A DNA stretch of 64,000 bases from Lachnospiraceae bacterium (lineage in GTDB: Bacteria > Bacillota > Clostridia > Lachnospirales > Lachnospiraceae), in contig JAEEQC010000002.1 in assembly GCA_016285135.1 (NCBI GenBank), positions 515-64,514 on the forward strand, read 5' to 3'. The position numbers and the translations under genes were made by a program. Below, piece after piece: positions 42,242 through 51,508 of this stretch (the first letter of the stretch is position 1; every line of letters begins with the position of its first letter). The notes beneath the pieces were generated by a model that was given only the letters and a program-made list of their open reading frames with translations, did no database searches and had not been told where the DNA came from.

Positions 42242-44767
42242 TCAGCTCTTGGTGTATTTGAGCAATGTACGTATCAGCTCACTGTTGTTGATGGGCTTTG
42301 TGAGATGATCGTTCATACCACAGGCTATCGCGCGCTGTTTATCTTCCTCGAAAGCGTTCGCCGTCATCGCGATTATAGGGATGTTCTTAAGCTTCTTGTT
42401 TGAGAGATGTCTGATCTCGGAAGTCGCTTTATAACCATCCATGTAAGGCATCTGGATATCCATAAGGATAACGTCGTAGGGATTCTTTTTATTCTCGATG
42501 ACTTTTGAAACCGCAACAGATCCGTCTTCCGCCTCGTGTACGATGATCCCTTCGCTATCGAGTATGTCTTTCGCGATCTCACGGTTAAGCTCATTATCCT
42601 CAACAAGCAGAACCTTAAGTCCTTTGAGTGAATTCTTGTCGATCTCCTCTTCTTTAACGAGCTTTTCGGGGATCGCTTCGCTGTTTCTGAATGAGAAACG
42701 CATCGTAACGGTGGTACCGACATTCAGTTCGCTGTCTATGGTGATAGTTCCGTTCATCATCTTGACGAGCTCCTGCGTGATCGCCATACCCAGCCCTGTG
42801 CCCTGGATGCCGGAAACTGTAGTCGATTTCTCACGGCTGAAAGACTCAAAAACATGTTCAATAAAGTCCTTGCTCATGCCGATACCGTTATCCGAAACCT
42901 TCATCACAAAAGAAGTGTATCCCGGCTTCATCGATAACACTTTGTTTATGGAAAAGACTATCGTACCGCCGGGTTTTGTGTATTTTATCGAGTTGCCGAT
43001 AACGTTTATAAGAACCTGGGAAATCCTCAGCCCGTCCGCATATACATTAGTGTTTTTAAGACCTCTGAACTTTTTGATGAGTTTAAGGCCGTTGTTCTCG
43101 GCATTTTCCCTGACTATCGAAAGAATTGAATCGGCAAGCTTCTCCATGCTCACGCTGTTCTCTTCGATGGTGACCTTTCCGCTCTCGATCCTGGCCATAT
43201 CAAGCACATCGTTAATGAGCGCAACAAGATGTTTGCCCGAGATGTTGATCTTATCGAGACATTCCTTTGTCTTTTCCTTGTCGTCGATATATTTGAGCGC
43301 CATGCTCGCGAATCCCATGATCGCGTTCATGGGCGTTCTTATATCGTGCGACATGTTGAAAAGGAACGAGCTCTTGGCATTGTTGGCAGCTTCGGCACGC
43401 GCTTTGGCTTCCTCGAGCTGAAGCTGACGTTCGTTTTCACGCCTGATCTCGAGGTCCTTGTTTGCAAAAGCAAGGGCAACAGCCTTGGGGACACGGTCAT
43501 TTCCGACCTTAACGAACTTCATCTCGCAGTACTGGGGATTGCCGTAGTTTGAGGATCTGAAATTGACTGTAAATGACTTCTGGTCCGTGAGTTTAGAGAT
43601 GATGTTTGATATGGAGCCCGAAGCCCTCATCATCTCCTTGTCATCCTCATAGATGTACTTGGTTATATAGAGCTCATAAGCATCCGAATAACGTATGCCA
43701 CGTCTGAAGATACCTCCGAGATCGCGCTCGAAGTCATCGTTCATCGAGTAGGTTGTAAGCTTGTCAGTGGTAAGATCCACAAAATAAACGGACGAGTACT
43801 CACTTGCGAGTATCTCGATGATCTGATGGTTGCGGCGAAGCTCTTCTTCTCTGCGAACACGTTCGTGATCCTTCTCGTCCATTTCGAGCTGATCGATCCT
43901 GGCCTTGCGGAGCATGCCTTCGATAGTATTGCGCTGTTCGAGCTCGTGACGCATCTCTTCATCGATGTTTCGTACACCGCATGTGACTATATGATCGTTT
44001 GTTTCAGAATAATTACGGATGATCTTGACCTGATAATACTTTACCGAACCTTCGATCGAAGCACGGAACGTAAATACGTAGATAGGTCCGAGCGACAGCT
44101 CGGAAATGATGGTTTCCTTGCCAAGCCTGAAAATGAACTTCTCTCTGTCTCCGGCAAACACGCACATCTCGGCGAATATCCTGACACGCTCTGTAAAGCT
44201 GACCCTTTCGGTGCGGATCCTGTAATCATGAAAAATATCGTTGGCCCGGACGGTCATGGATTCTTCCGTATCAAGGTTGACATAAGAAACAAGTCCGAAA
44301 TCAACGGAAAGCGAGCTGATGATGATATCCTTGAAGTCATTGGCCTTTTCGGTGATAACGGTGCTTGTCTCATCTTTAAGGGCGACTATGGCGCAGACGT
44401 TGCCCTGCTCTTCATACATGCAGAATGTAACTTCGAAGTACTGGTCATTACAATCGATATCAATGGCGTGAATATGCTTGACGGTTTTGTGTCTTCCTTC
44501 CGAGAATTCTTTCCTGAGTCTTTCGGGTGCGGCAAAAGCAGCCACACTTTCCGAATCGGAAACTTTGTGACGTTCGAGATATGAATCTATGTATCCGGTA
44601 TATGATGTTCCGCTGACATCGCGGGTGATGATCGTGAAACCGTCCGGACCCTTCGCGTAGAGGCCTTCGACCATCAGATCTTTGGTCAGATCGCACACGA
44701 AATAACCGATACAGTCTGAAAAGACCGTATCGATGAGTCCGGGACTACGTTCACTAATCTTTGTCAT
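42242..44767 (-). CDS. Cytoplasmic hybrid sensor histidine kinase / response regulator
   Basis: H-box FLFNMSHDIRTPMNAIMG, N/G boxes NVIGNSIKYT, DNGIGM, GTGLGMAI, and receiver LLVEDNELNREIAKDIL ... DVILMDIQMPYMDGY ... PIIAMTANA. No obvious TM segments. Confidence 0.88.
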   Translation of the reverse strand: MTKISERSPGLIDTVFSDCIGYFVCDLTKDLMVEGLYAKGPDGFTIITRDVSGTSYTGYIDSYLERHKVSDSESVAAFAAPERLRKEFSEGRHKTVKHIHAIDIDCNDQYFEVTFCMYEEQGNVCAIVALKDETSTVITEKANDFKDIIISSLSVDFGLVSYVNLDTEESMTVRANDIFHDYRIRTERVSFTERVRIFAEMCVFAGDREKFIFRLGKETIISELSLGPIYVFTFRASIEGSVKYYQVKIIRNYSETNDHIVTCGVRNIDEEMRHELEQRNTIEGMLRKARIDQLEMDEKDHERVRREEELRRNHQIIEILASEYSSVYFVDLTTDKLTTYSMNDDFERDLGGIFRRGIRYSDAYELYITKYIYEDDKEMMRASGSISNIISKLTDQKSFTVNFRSSNYGNPQYCEMKFVKVGNDRVPKAVALAFANKDLEIRRENERQLQLEEAKARAEAANNAKSSFLFNMSHDIRTPMNAIMGFASMALKYIDDKEKTKECLDKINISGKHLVALINDVLDMARIESGKVTIEENSVSMEKLADSILSIVRENAENNGLKLIKKFRGLKNTNVYADGLRISQVLINVIGNSIKYTKPGGTIVFSINKVLSMKPGYTSFVMKVSDNGIGMSKDFIEHVFESFSREKSTTVSGIQGTGLGMAITQELVKMMNGTITIDSELNVGTTVTMRFSFRNSEAIPEKLVKEEEIDKNSLKGLKVLLVEDNELNREIAKDILDSEGIIVHEAEDGSVAVSKVIENKKNPYDVILMDIQMPYMDGYKATSEIRHLSNKKLKNIPIIAMTANAFEEDKQRAIACGMNDHLTKPINNSELIRTLLKYTKS

Positions 44768-44771
44768 GATC

Positions 44772-45437
44772 TTATTCCTTTGAAACTATAACTCCGCCGG
44801 TTTTATAGATGGAGTTTGCCGGTACAAATCCCCTTACCATGGAGAGAGGATAAACATTACTGCCCTTTCCGACAACAGTGCCGGGATTAAGAACGCTGTT
44901 GCATCCGACTTCGACATTATCACCGAGGATCGCTCCGAACTTTTTAAGACCCGTCTCGATCCTTTTGCCTTCATAAAGGACGGTGACAAGCGTCTTGTCC
45001 TGCTTTACGTTCGAGGTAACGGCTCCGGCACCCGTGTGTGCCTTGAAGCCGAGTACCGAGTCTCCGATGTAGTTAAAGTGTGGTACCTGAACCTTGTTGA
45101 AGAGGATGGCGTTCTTGATCTCACATGAGTTACCGAGTACCGCTCCTTCTCCGATGATCGCTTTGCCTCTTACAAATGCGCACTGACGAAGCTCAGCATC
45201 CTTACAGATGATGCAGGGACCCGTGATCGACGCTGTGGGTGCAATTTTGGCTGTCTTGTGAATATAGACGCCTTCCGAAGGATTGTCGTACTCATCTGCC
45301 GGAAGTGTCTGTGAAAGCTTGATTATAAAGTCACCTATGAAAGGAAGTACCTCCCAGGGATATGTCTTTCCTTCGAAAAGCTCCGAAGCGATCGTGTTCG
45401 AAGTGTCAAAAAGCTCTTTTATAGTTAATTTGTCCAT
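44772..45437 (-). CDS. Left-handed beta-helix (hexapeptide-repeat) protein, GlmU C-terminal-like
   Basis: Hexapeptide runs IGEGAVLGNSCEIKNAILFNKVQV, IGDSVLGFKAHTGAGAV, LGDNVEVGCNSVLNPGTVVGKGSNV. 221 aa. Confidence 0.65.
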   Translation of the reverse strand: MDKLTIKELFDTSNTIASELFEGKTYPWEVLPFIGDFIIKLSQTLPADEYDNPSEGVYIHKTAKIAPTASITGPCIICKDAELRQCAFVRGKAIIGEGAVLGNSCEIKNAILFNKVQVPHFNYIGDSVLGFKAHTGAGAVTSNVKQDKTLVTVLYEGKRIETGLKKFGAILGDNVEVGCNSVLNPGTVVGKGSNVYPLSMVRGFVPANSIYKTGGVIVSKE

Positions 45438-45476
45438 ATATTTATTCCTTTGATTTGTCTGAGATTGTGCCCCTCT

Positions 45477-47204
45477 TTACTCTCCAAGCTTTCTGATCTC
45501 TTTGTCAAACAGCTCGTAAAGTGCCTTCGCATCTTCCATGCTCTTGCCTCTGATACCGAAGTAGAACTTGATCTTGGGCTCGGTTCCGGAAGGTCTCACG
45601 CAGCACCACTGATCATTTTCGAGTACATAGTAAAGGACGTTGGACTTGGGAAGTCCGGTAGGCTTCTTTGCTCCTGTGGCGCTGTCAACGCATATGTCTG
45701 CAAGATAATCTCTGCTTTCGAGGACCTTGGCTCCGGCGAGGCTTTCGATAGGATTCTTGCGAAGATTATCAAGGATGGCCTTGATGCGTTCCGCACCGTC
45801 AACACCCTTAAGTGTAACCGATACGGCACCTTCCATGTAGTAGCCGTACTTCTCGTACATTGCGAGCATCTGATCGTAAAGAGTGAGACCCTTCTGTCTG
45901 TAGTAGGATGCTGCTTCACAAAGTCCCATAACGGCAACGATGGCGTCTTTATCTCTGGCATGTGTGCCGATCAGGCATCCGTACGATTCCTCATATCCGA
46001 AGAGGTACGTATTGTTCTTCTTTCCCTGCTCGAACCACTTGATCTGCTCACCGATGAACTTAAAGCCCGTGAGCACTTCGATAAGATCGCAGTTATATGC
46101 GGCAACAACCCTGTCACACATATTCGAAGAAACAATAGTCTTAACAACAGCTCCGTTATCGGGAAGTAAACCAAGTTCTTTTCTGGTGGAGAGCTCATAC
46201 TCACAGAGAAGAGTTCCGCTCATGTTGCCGGTGAAGGGGATGTACTCTCCCGTCTTTGAATCCCTCGCATAAACACCGAGTCTGTCCGCATCCGGATCGG
46301 TCGCAAGTATGAGGTCTGCATCAACTTTTTTTGCAAGAGCAATAGCAAGCTTAAAGACATTGGGATCCTCGGGGTTGGGATATCCGACTGTGGGGAAATC
46401 ACCGTCGGGCTTCTCCTGCTCGGGGACAACATAAACATTCTTAAATCCGAGTCTGTCAAGGATACGCTTAACGGGCATGAGTCCCGTACCGTGAAGAGGC
46501 GTGTAAACGATCTTCATGTCGCTTGCCGCCTTGATGCACTCGGGACGGAGGACAAGCTTCTCGAGTGTATCGATATACTTGTCATCGATCTCTTTGCCGA
46601 TGGTGTTATAGAGGCCCTTTGCTTCCGCGTCTTCAAGACTCATGGTCTTTAAAGTCGAGAAATCAGTGATCGAATTGACTCTTCCTATGATCTCGTCATC
46701 AAGAGGAGCTGTGATCTGAGCGCCGTCCTCCCAGTAAACTTTGTAGCCGTTGTACTCAGGTGGATTGTGGCTTGCTGTAACAACGATACCCGCGATACAC
46801 CCGAGTGTCCTCAAGGCAAACGAAAGCTCGGGCGTGGGACGCAGTGACTCGAAACGGTAGGTCTTAATGCCGTTGGCATTTAATGTGAGAGCTGCTTCGC
46901 GGCTGAATTCTATCGACATGTGGCGAGAATCATATGCAATAGCAACGCCTTTGTCGGCACCGCCCTTCATGTTGATGATGTCAGCAAGGCCCTGGGAAGC
47001 TTTCCTGACTGTATAGATGTTCATACGGTTGGTTCCGGCACCGATAACGCCGCGGAGTCCGCCCGTACCGAATTCAAGATTCTTAAAGAACCTGTCTTTG
47101 ATCTCGTTCTCGTCTCCTTTGATACCCAAAAGCTCTTTGCGGGTCTGTTCGTCAAAGGTTTCGCAGGTGCACCAATACTCGTATTCTTTCATGAAATCGT
47201 TCAT
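45477..47204 (-). CDS. Phosphoglucomutase/phosphomannomutase family (alpha-D-phosphohexomutase)
   Basis: Active-site loop VVTASHNPPEYNGYK, metal loop ATDPDADR, GYEESYG, sugar/phosphate loops. Start chosen at MNDFMKEYEYW (ATG 47204, GAGGTG RBS); the track ORF extends to 47306. Confidence 0.9.
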   Translation of the reverse strand: MNDFMKEYEYWCTCETFDEQTRKELLGIKGDENEIKDRFFKNLEFGTGGLRGVIGAGTNRMNIYTVRKASQGLADIINMKGGADKGVAIAYDSRHMSIEFSREAALTLNANGIKTYRFESLRPTPELSFALRTLGCIAGIVVTASHNPPEYNGYKVYWEDGAQITAPLDDEIIGRVNSITDFSTLKTMSLEDAEAKGLYNTIGKEIDDKYIDTLEKLVLRPECIKAASDMKIVYTPLHGTGLMPVKRILDRLGFKNVYVVPEQEKPDGDFPTVGYPNPEDPNVFKLAIALAKKVDADLILATDPDADRLGVYARDSKTGEYIPFTGNMSGTLLCEYELSTRKELGLLPDNGAVVKTIVSSNMCDRVVAAYNCDLIEVLTGFKFIGEQIKWFEQGKKNNTYLFGYEESYGCLIGTHARDKDAIVAVMGLCEAASYYRQKGLTLYDQMLAMYEKYGYYMEGAVSVTLKGVDGAERIKAILDNLRKNPIESLAGAKVLESRDYLADICVDSATGAKKPTGLPKSNVLYYVLENDQWCCVRPSGTEPKIKFYFGIRGKSMEDAKALYELFDKEIRKLGE

Positions 47205-47339
47205 AGAAATCACCTCTGTTTTAGTCTTTGGGAAAAACATAATAATTCTACCACAACGCACATTACGCTTCAAGTATTCGGGTGTATCAAACCGCATGAT
47301 TTTCAAAGCTTTACAATGTTTTAAATATGATTGTTGTTA

Positions 47340-47368
47340 TTGAAAATCTGTTGATTCTTTAGTATAAT
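47340..47368 (+). promoter_or_regulatory. Putative promoter of fapA
   Basis: TTGAAA, a 17-nt spacer, then TATAAT on the plus strand. Confidence 0.55.
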
Positions 47369-47461
47369 AAAGTAAGGGATTACCGCACAGATACAATTCT
47401 TGTAAAAGCAGTATGTTTATCATAGATTTGCGCCGAAGATATACGAGAGGAGGATGTGGAT

Positions 47462-48871
47462 ATGGATATCGATCTTTCCAAGTTTATCAATGTCACAATT
47501 ACTGATGACCAAATGACCGCCTATATCTACATTTCATCCCGGACGGCCGACAGCGGGGCTATTCCCGCAGATTCTCTCACCCCCGAAGTGCTCCGTGATT
47601 TTCTGTCCTCACGGGGTGTAAAGGCAGGTATCGACAAAAACCTCCTTCAACAGATCATTATCAATAAGCTTTTTGACAGGCAGCACGTTATAGCACAGGG
47701 TCAGCCCCCGGTTAACGGCGTTGACGGCAGCTTTAAGCTTTTATTCAAAACCGAAATAGACAACCATCCCAAAGTACTTGAGGACGGTTCTGTCGATTAC
47801 CGTAATATTGATATCTACGAGCCTGTTCACGCCGGCATGAAGATCGCCGAATACATTCCCGCTACTCCCGGTCATTTCGGTTACAACGTTTCAGGTGCCG
47901 TTCTTACCTGCAGTAACGGACGTGAGCTCTCCCCTCTCAAAGGATCCGGTTTCGTTATCTCCGATGATAAAAAGACCTACACTTCCACTCTCGACGGCAA
48001 GATCGAATTCAAGAACGACACGATCACCGTCACGAACGTGCTTGATATTCCCGGAGATGTTGATCTCACTACAGGTGATATAGTATTTAACGGTGACATC
48101 ATCATACACGGTAATGTTCATATGGGGTCCGTAATACGTTCCAAGAACAACATCACCGTCATGGGCAACGTCGAAGGTGCAATGCTCTACGCAGGCGGTG
48201 AGATCCAGCTCAAAGCCGGTATGCAGGGCGGAGGCAAGGGCTACGTTGAAGCTGACGGCGACATCTGGGGCAAGTTCTTCGAGCAGACCAAGGTCCGTTG
48301 TAACGGCAACTTAAATGTCAACTCCATGATGAACTGCGACGTTTTCTGTTGCGGTGATATCACGATCTCCGGTCGTCACGGCATCATCGTAGGCGGAACC
48401 ACCATGACTCAGGGTAATATTAACGCCACAGTCATAGGCAACATGGCCGAAGTAAAGACTGTTGTTGCGGCCGGTGTTAATGAGAAGCTCGTTGCCGAAA
48501 TCAACGCTCTTGAGAACGAGATCAAGACTATTAAAGAAGCGCACCAAAAACACGAAAGGATCCTTGATATGCTCAAGTCCATCAAGAACCCTTCCGAACG
48601 AGACAAGGTCACCAAGATGCTCGAACAGGTCATTCAGTCCATGCAGGAGCTGGATCATAAGCTCTCGGGCCTCAACAGCGAGCTTGAAGCAAAGCTTTTC
48701 CAGACTCAGAATTACTCGAAATCAAAGATAACCGTACAAAAGTACCTGTACCCCAACGTGCACGTCACACTTAACGGACTGCACTACATTACGAAAGACA
48801 CATTTACGAATGTCTACCTTACCGAATCGGGAGGACAGGTCGCGGTTATCAATGATATTCATAATAAATAA
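47462..48871 (+). CDS. fapA: FapA-family (DUF342) flagellar-assembly-associated protein
   Basis: Beta-helix-like repeats GDVDLTTGDIVFNGDIIIHGNVHMGSVIRSKNNITVMGNVEGA ... and a C-terminal coiled coil. The ATG at 47462 lies 8 nt after AGGAGG; the track GTG at 47456 is too close to the RBS. Confidence 0.8.
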   Translation: MDIDLSKFINVTITDDQMTAYIYISSRTADSGAIPADSLTPEVLRDFLSSRGVKAGIDKNLLQQIIINKLFDRQHVIAQGQPPVNGVDGSFKLLFKTEIDNHPKVLEDGSVDYRNIDIYEPVHAGMKIAEYIPATPGHFGYNVSGAVLTCSNGRELSPLKGSGFVISDDKKTYTSTLDGKIEFKNDTITVTNVLDIPGDVDLTTGDIVFNGDIIIHGNVHMGSVIRSKNNITVMGNVEGAMLYAGGEIQLKAGMQGGGKGYVEADGDIWGKFFEQTKVRCNGNLNVNSMMNCDVFCCGDITISGRHGIIVGGTTMTQGNINATVIGNMAEVKTVVAAGVNEKLVAEINALENEIKTIKEAHQKHERILDMLKSIKNPSERDKVTKMLEQVIQSMQELDHKLSGLNSELEAKLFQTQNYSKSKITVQKYLYPNVHVTLNGLHYITKDTFTNVYLTESGGQVAVINDIHNK

Positions 48872-48900
48872 GAGCAGTCACGGCGACTGCTCTTTGTTTT
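48872..48900 (+). terminator. Rho-independent terminator after fapA
   Basis: Stem gagcagtc / gactgctc followed by TTTGTTTT. Confidence 0.75.
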
Positions 48901-48961
48901 ACTCTTCTTTCGATGATCTTATTCTTTGTTTTATTCTTCTTACGAAGATCGTATTTTTGTC

Positions 48962-49444
48962 TTATTTTGTATCCTCTTTTACGGCGATGTAGATCTTAAT
49001 GTACTCCTCATCATTGATAACAACAGGTATCGCGATCGTGGGAATGTCGGACTGGAGCTTAAGCTTCTTGCCGTGCATACAGAGCGGAGGTGTGATATCA
49101 AAGATGATGTTCATGGTCGAGAACAGGGTCGCGGTATTGCCGAGGATCATGTTTCCGAGCTCACCCAGAGCCGAACATGCCATCGGATCGAGTGATTCAA
49201 CGGGCATGCCCATCATCATCACGCTCGCGATGTTCATCGCCTTCTTGTCGGTCATCTTAAAGAAAACCTGTCCCTTCATGGCACCTGTTACACCGACCTG
49301 GATGAGGAAAGTATCCTCAGGGAAATCAAGATCCGCAAGTGACGGTTTTCCAACCTTGCCTCCGGCCATACCGAGTGTTTCAAGGATTGTAAGAGTTGCC
49401 TGAAGGAAAGGGTTGATATACTTTATATCAAGTGCTTGTGCCAT
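48962..49444 (-). CDS. cheX: CheX-family chemotaxis protein (CheY-P phosphatase-like)
   Basis: 160 aa, INPFLQATLTILETLG ... GELGNMILGNTATL has the typical CheX/CheC-like signature. Confidence 0.75.
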   Translation of the reverse strand: MAQALDIKYINPFLQATLTILETLGMAGGKVGKPSLADLDFPEDTFLIQVGVTGAMKGQVFFKMTDKKAMNIASVMMMGMPVESLDPMACSALGELGNMILGNTATLFSTMNIIFDITPPLCMHGKKLKLQSDIPTIAIPVVINDEEYIKIYIAVKEDTK

Positions 49445-49508
49445 AAAAAGTCTCCTTTATATATCGCAAACCGCAAATCAATTTCACGTTTTGTAATATA
49501 TTACCACA

Positions 49509-51416
49509 TCATTGCAAAAATAGCAAGTAGAAAAGGAATAAAATTGTCAAACACAAACCGGCACAGATAAATAACAAATTTGCGGAGATTGATGATGCGA
49601 TAACTTCGTCTTTTTCCTGAACTTTACGTATACCGTTACGGACTTTTTCGAGTCCGGGATGTTCTTTATCGGTCAGATCTTTAAATGCCAGGTCTTTTGT
49701 GAACATAACTATCCTGTCGAAGAGCGCTCCGAAGAACTTTGCGATACCCTTTGAAACAACAAGTACGACCTTAGCAACAAAAGTCGGTATCGTAGAAGCA
49801 ACAAATCTGCAGATCGCACCGAGTAACGAAGGAAGGATCTTTATAAGAAGAGGTCTGTAGATAACTTCTTCGATATCAAGCCATACAGGCCATTTTGAGA
49901 GGTATACTCTTCCCTTCTGTTCGTCTTTTACGGTCAGGAAACGTCTGATCACAAAGATGTAGATCAGCGCACCGAAAGTGAGCGATATCGCCGAACCCTT
50001 AAGGTTCTCAAGTGAGAAAATGCTTATAGCCCCAAGTATTTCTTCGCCTTCTCCCGCAAGAGTAAAGTTATTGAATCCGCTCATGAACACACCAAGTCCA
50101 TTCATGAAGAGTCCCGGAAGTACGCCGAAGAATACTATCACGCATGCGGGCAAAAGGGCACTCAGATAACTGATAAAGTGTATCTTTACTTTCTCTGTTC
50201 CATTATTCTCTGCAACCGGCTTCTCTACAAAGATAGCAATAAAGAGCTTTGTCATATATGCAGCTGTCATTCCTCCGCAAAGAAGGAAAAGCCATTCGCT
50301 GACTGTCAGGATGACCTCTCCCGATGAAGCCAGGTGTATGTACTCGACAAGTCCTTCGTGGATGAGCGTCTTGCTGATATAGCCGCTAAAAAGCGGAACA
50401 CCACTGATACCGAGAGCACCAACAAGGAAAATGATCTTAAGGAATGTCTTGTCCCTGCCGAAACCACGGAGCTTGTTAAGGTCAAGACTGTGCTTTTTCA
50501 TGTATATGATTCCGGCACTCAAAAACAGGCAGAGCTTGAACATCGAATGGTTGACCATATAAAGGAGTGTACCTGTTGCTGCAAGCGTACACTCTTCTCC
50601 GAGTAAAAGCGTAAGAGATGCACCCACGATGATAAATCCGATCTGGGAAACAGACGAGCATGCAAGCGTCTTCTTCAGATCGGTCGAGAAAAGAGCGGTA
50701 AGCGCACCTGCGAACATCGTGATAAAACCGAAGATATAAAGAGCGATACCGAAGCCCTCACAGCCCGCCATGATCTCCATAACGATGATCAGGATACCGA
50801 AGATACCGCACTTTGTCAGAACACCCGAAAGCAGCGCACTTGCAGATGCGGGAGCGACGGGATGGGCCTTGGGAAGCCATACATGAAGCGGGAACATACC
50901 GGCTTTTGCGGCAAATCCGAAAAGTATCAGTACTGCCGATATGGTAAGTTTACTTATTTCCGTCTCGGAGCCATTGTTTAATATCGCACCGCACAGGTCT
51001 TTAAGATCAACGATGCGCAAGGTTCCCACGAGATCATAAAGCATAAAGAGGCCCATGAGCATAACAAGACCGCCGATAACCGCAACCGCAAGGTATGTGG
51101 AACCCGCTCTCACCGCATCGGGTTTCTTTGTGTGGACAACAAGGACATAAGAAGTAAACGACATTATCTCAAAGAAGATGAAAGTCGTAAACAGATCGGC
51201 CGAGAGAAATACTCCGAGCGTAGCAAACATCGTAAGGAAGCTGAATACGTGATAACGAACCTTACCTTTACCGGCGCCGAAATACTCGGGAGTGAGCATC
51301 GTACTGCAAAGCCACATAAATATGGTGACCGCGGCGTAAACGATCCTGAATCCGTCGACACGGAGTGCCATTCCGAGTCCGACCATACCGCTCAAGTTAA
51401 TCTCAAATGGTTGCAT
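49509..51416 (-). CDS. Antiporter-like subunit 4 (NuoL/MrpA/MrpD family proton-conducting membrane transporter) with long C-terminal extension
   Basis: GMFPLHVWLPKAHPVAPASASALLSGVLTKCGIFG core. An extra ~200 aa has amphipathic and terminal TM segments reminiscent of the NuoL/MrpA lateral helix. Confidence 0.8.
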   Translation of the reverse strand: MQPFEINLSGMVGLGMALRVDGFRIVYAAVTIFMWLCSTMLTPEYFGAGKGKVRYHVFSFLTMFATLGVFLSADLFTTFIFFEIMSFTSYVLVVHTKKPDAVRAGSTYLAVAVIGGLVMLMGLFMLYDLVGTLRIVDLKDLCGAILNNGSETEISKLTISAVLILFGFAAKAGMFPLHVWLPKAHPVAPASASALLSGVLTKCGIFGILIIVMEIMAGCEGFGIALYIFGFITMFAGALTALFSTDLKKTLACSSVSQIGFIIVGASLTLLLGEECTLAATGTLLYMVNHSMFKLCLFLSAGIIYMKKHSLDLNKLRGFGRDKTFLKIIFLVGALGISGVPLFSGYISKTLIHEGLVEYIHLASSGEVILTVSEWLFLLCGGMTAAYMTKLFIAIFVEKPVAENNGTEKVKIHFISYLSALLPACVIVFFGVLPGLFMNGLGVFMSGFNNFTLAGEGEEILGAISIFSLENLKGSAISLTFGALIYIFVIRRFLTVKDEQKGRVYLSKWPVWLDIEEVIYRPLLIKILPSLLGAICRFVASTIPTFVAKVVLVVSKGIAKFFGALFDRIVMFTKDLAFKDLTDKEHPGLEKVRNGIRKVQEKDEVIASSISANLLFICAGLCLTILFLFYLLFLQ

Positions 51417-51508
51417 AGACCATACCTCTTATCATCTGTAAACTTATCCGAATACAAGTTACCAAATCTTATCCTGTACACAGCAGTGTCAGGATTATCG
51501 AACTTTTC

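Noticed and set aside
42498-44584. 307-aa and 252-aa plus-strand ORFs (42498-43421 and 43826-44584)
   Set aside because: They are antisense to the hybrid histidine kinase. They have Ser/Leu-rich, low-complexity, antisense-typical composition.
45450-46169. 239-aa plus-strand ORF
   Set aside because: It is antisense to the phosphohexomutase gene. No RBS and no motifs.
47400-47455. SigD (sigma-28) flagellar promoter upstream of fapA
   Set aside because: GCCGAAGATA resembles GCCGATAT only partly, and no TAAA lies at the right 15-16-nt distance. The sigma-70-like TTGAAA-17-TATAAT at 47340-47368 is a better fit.
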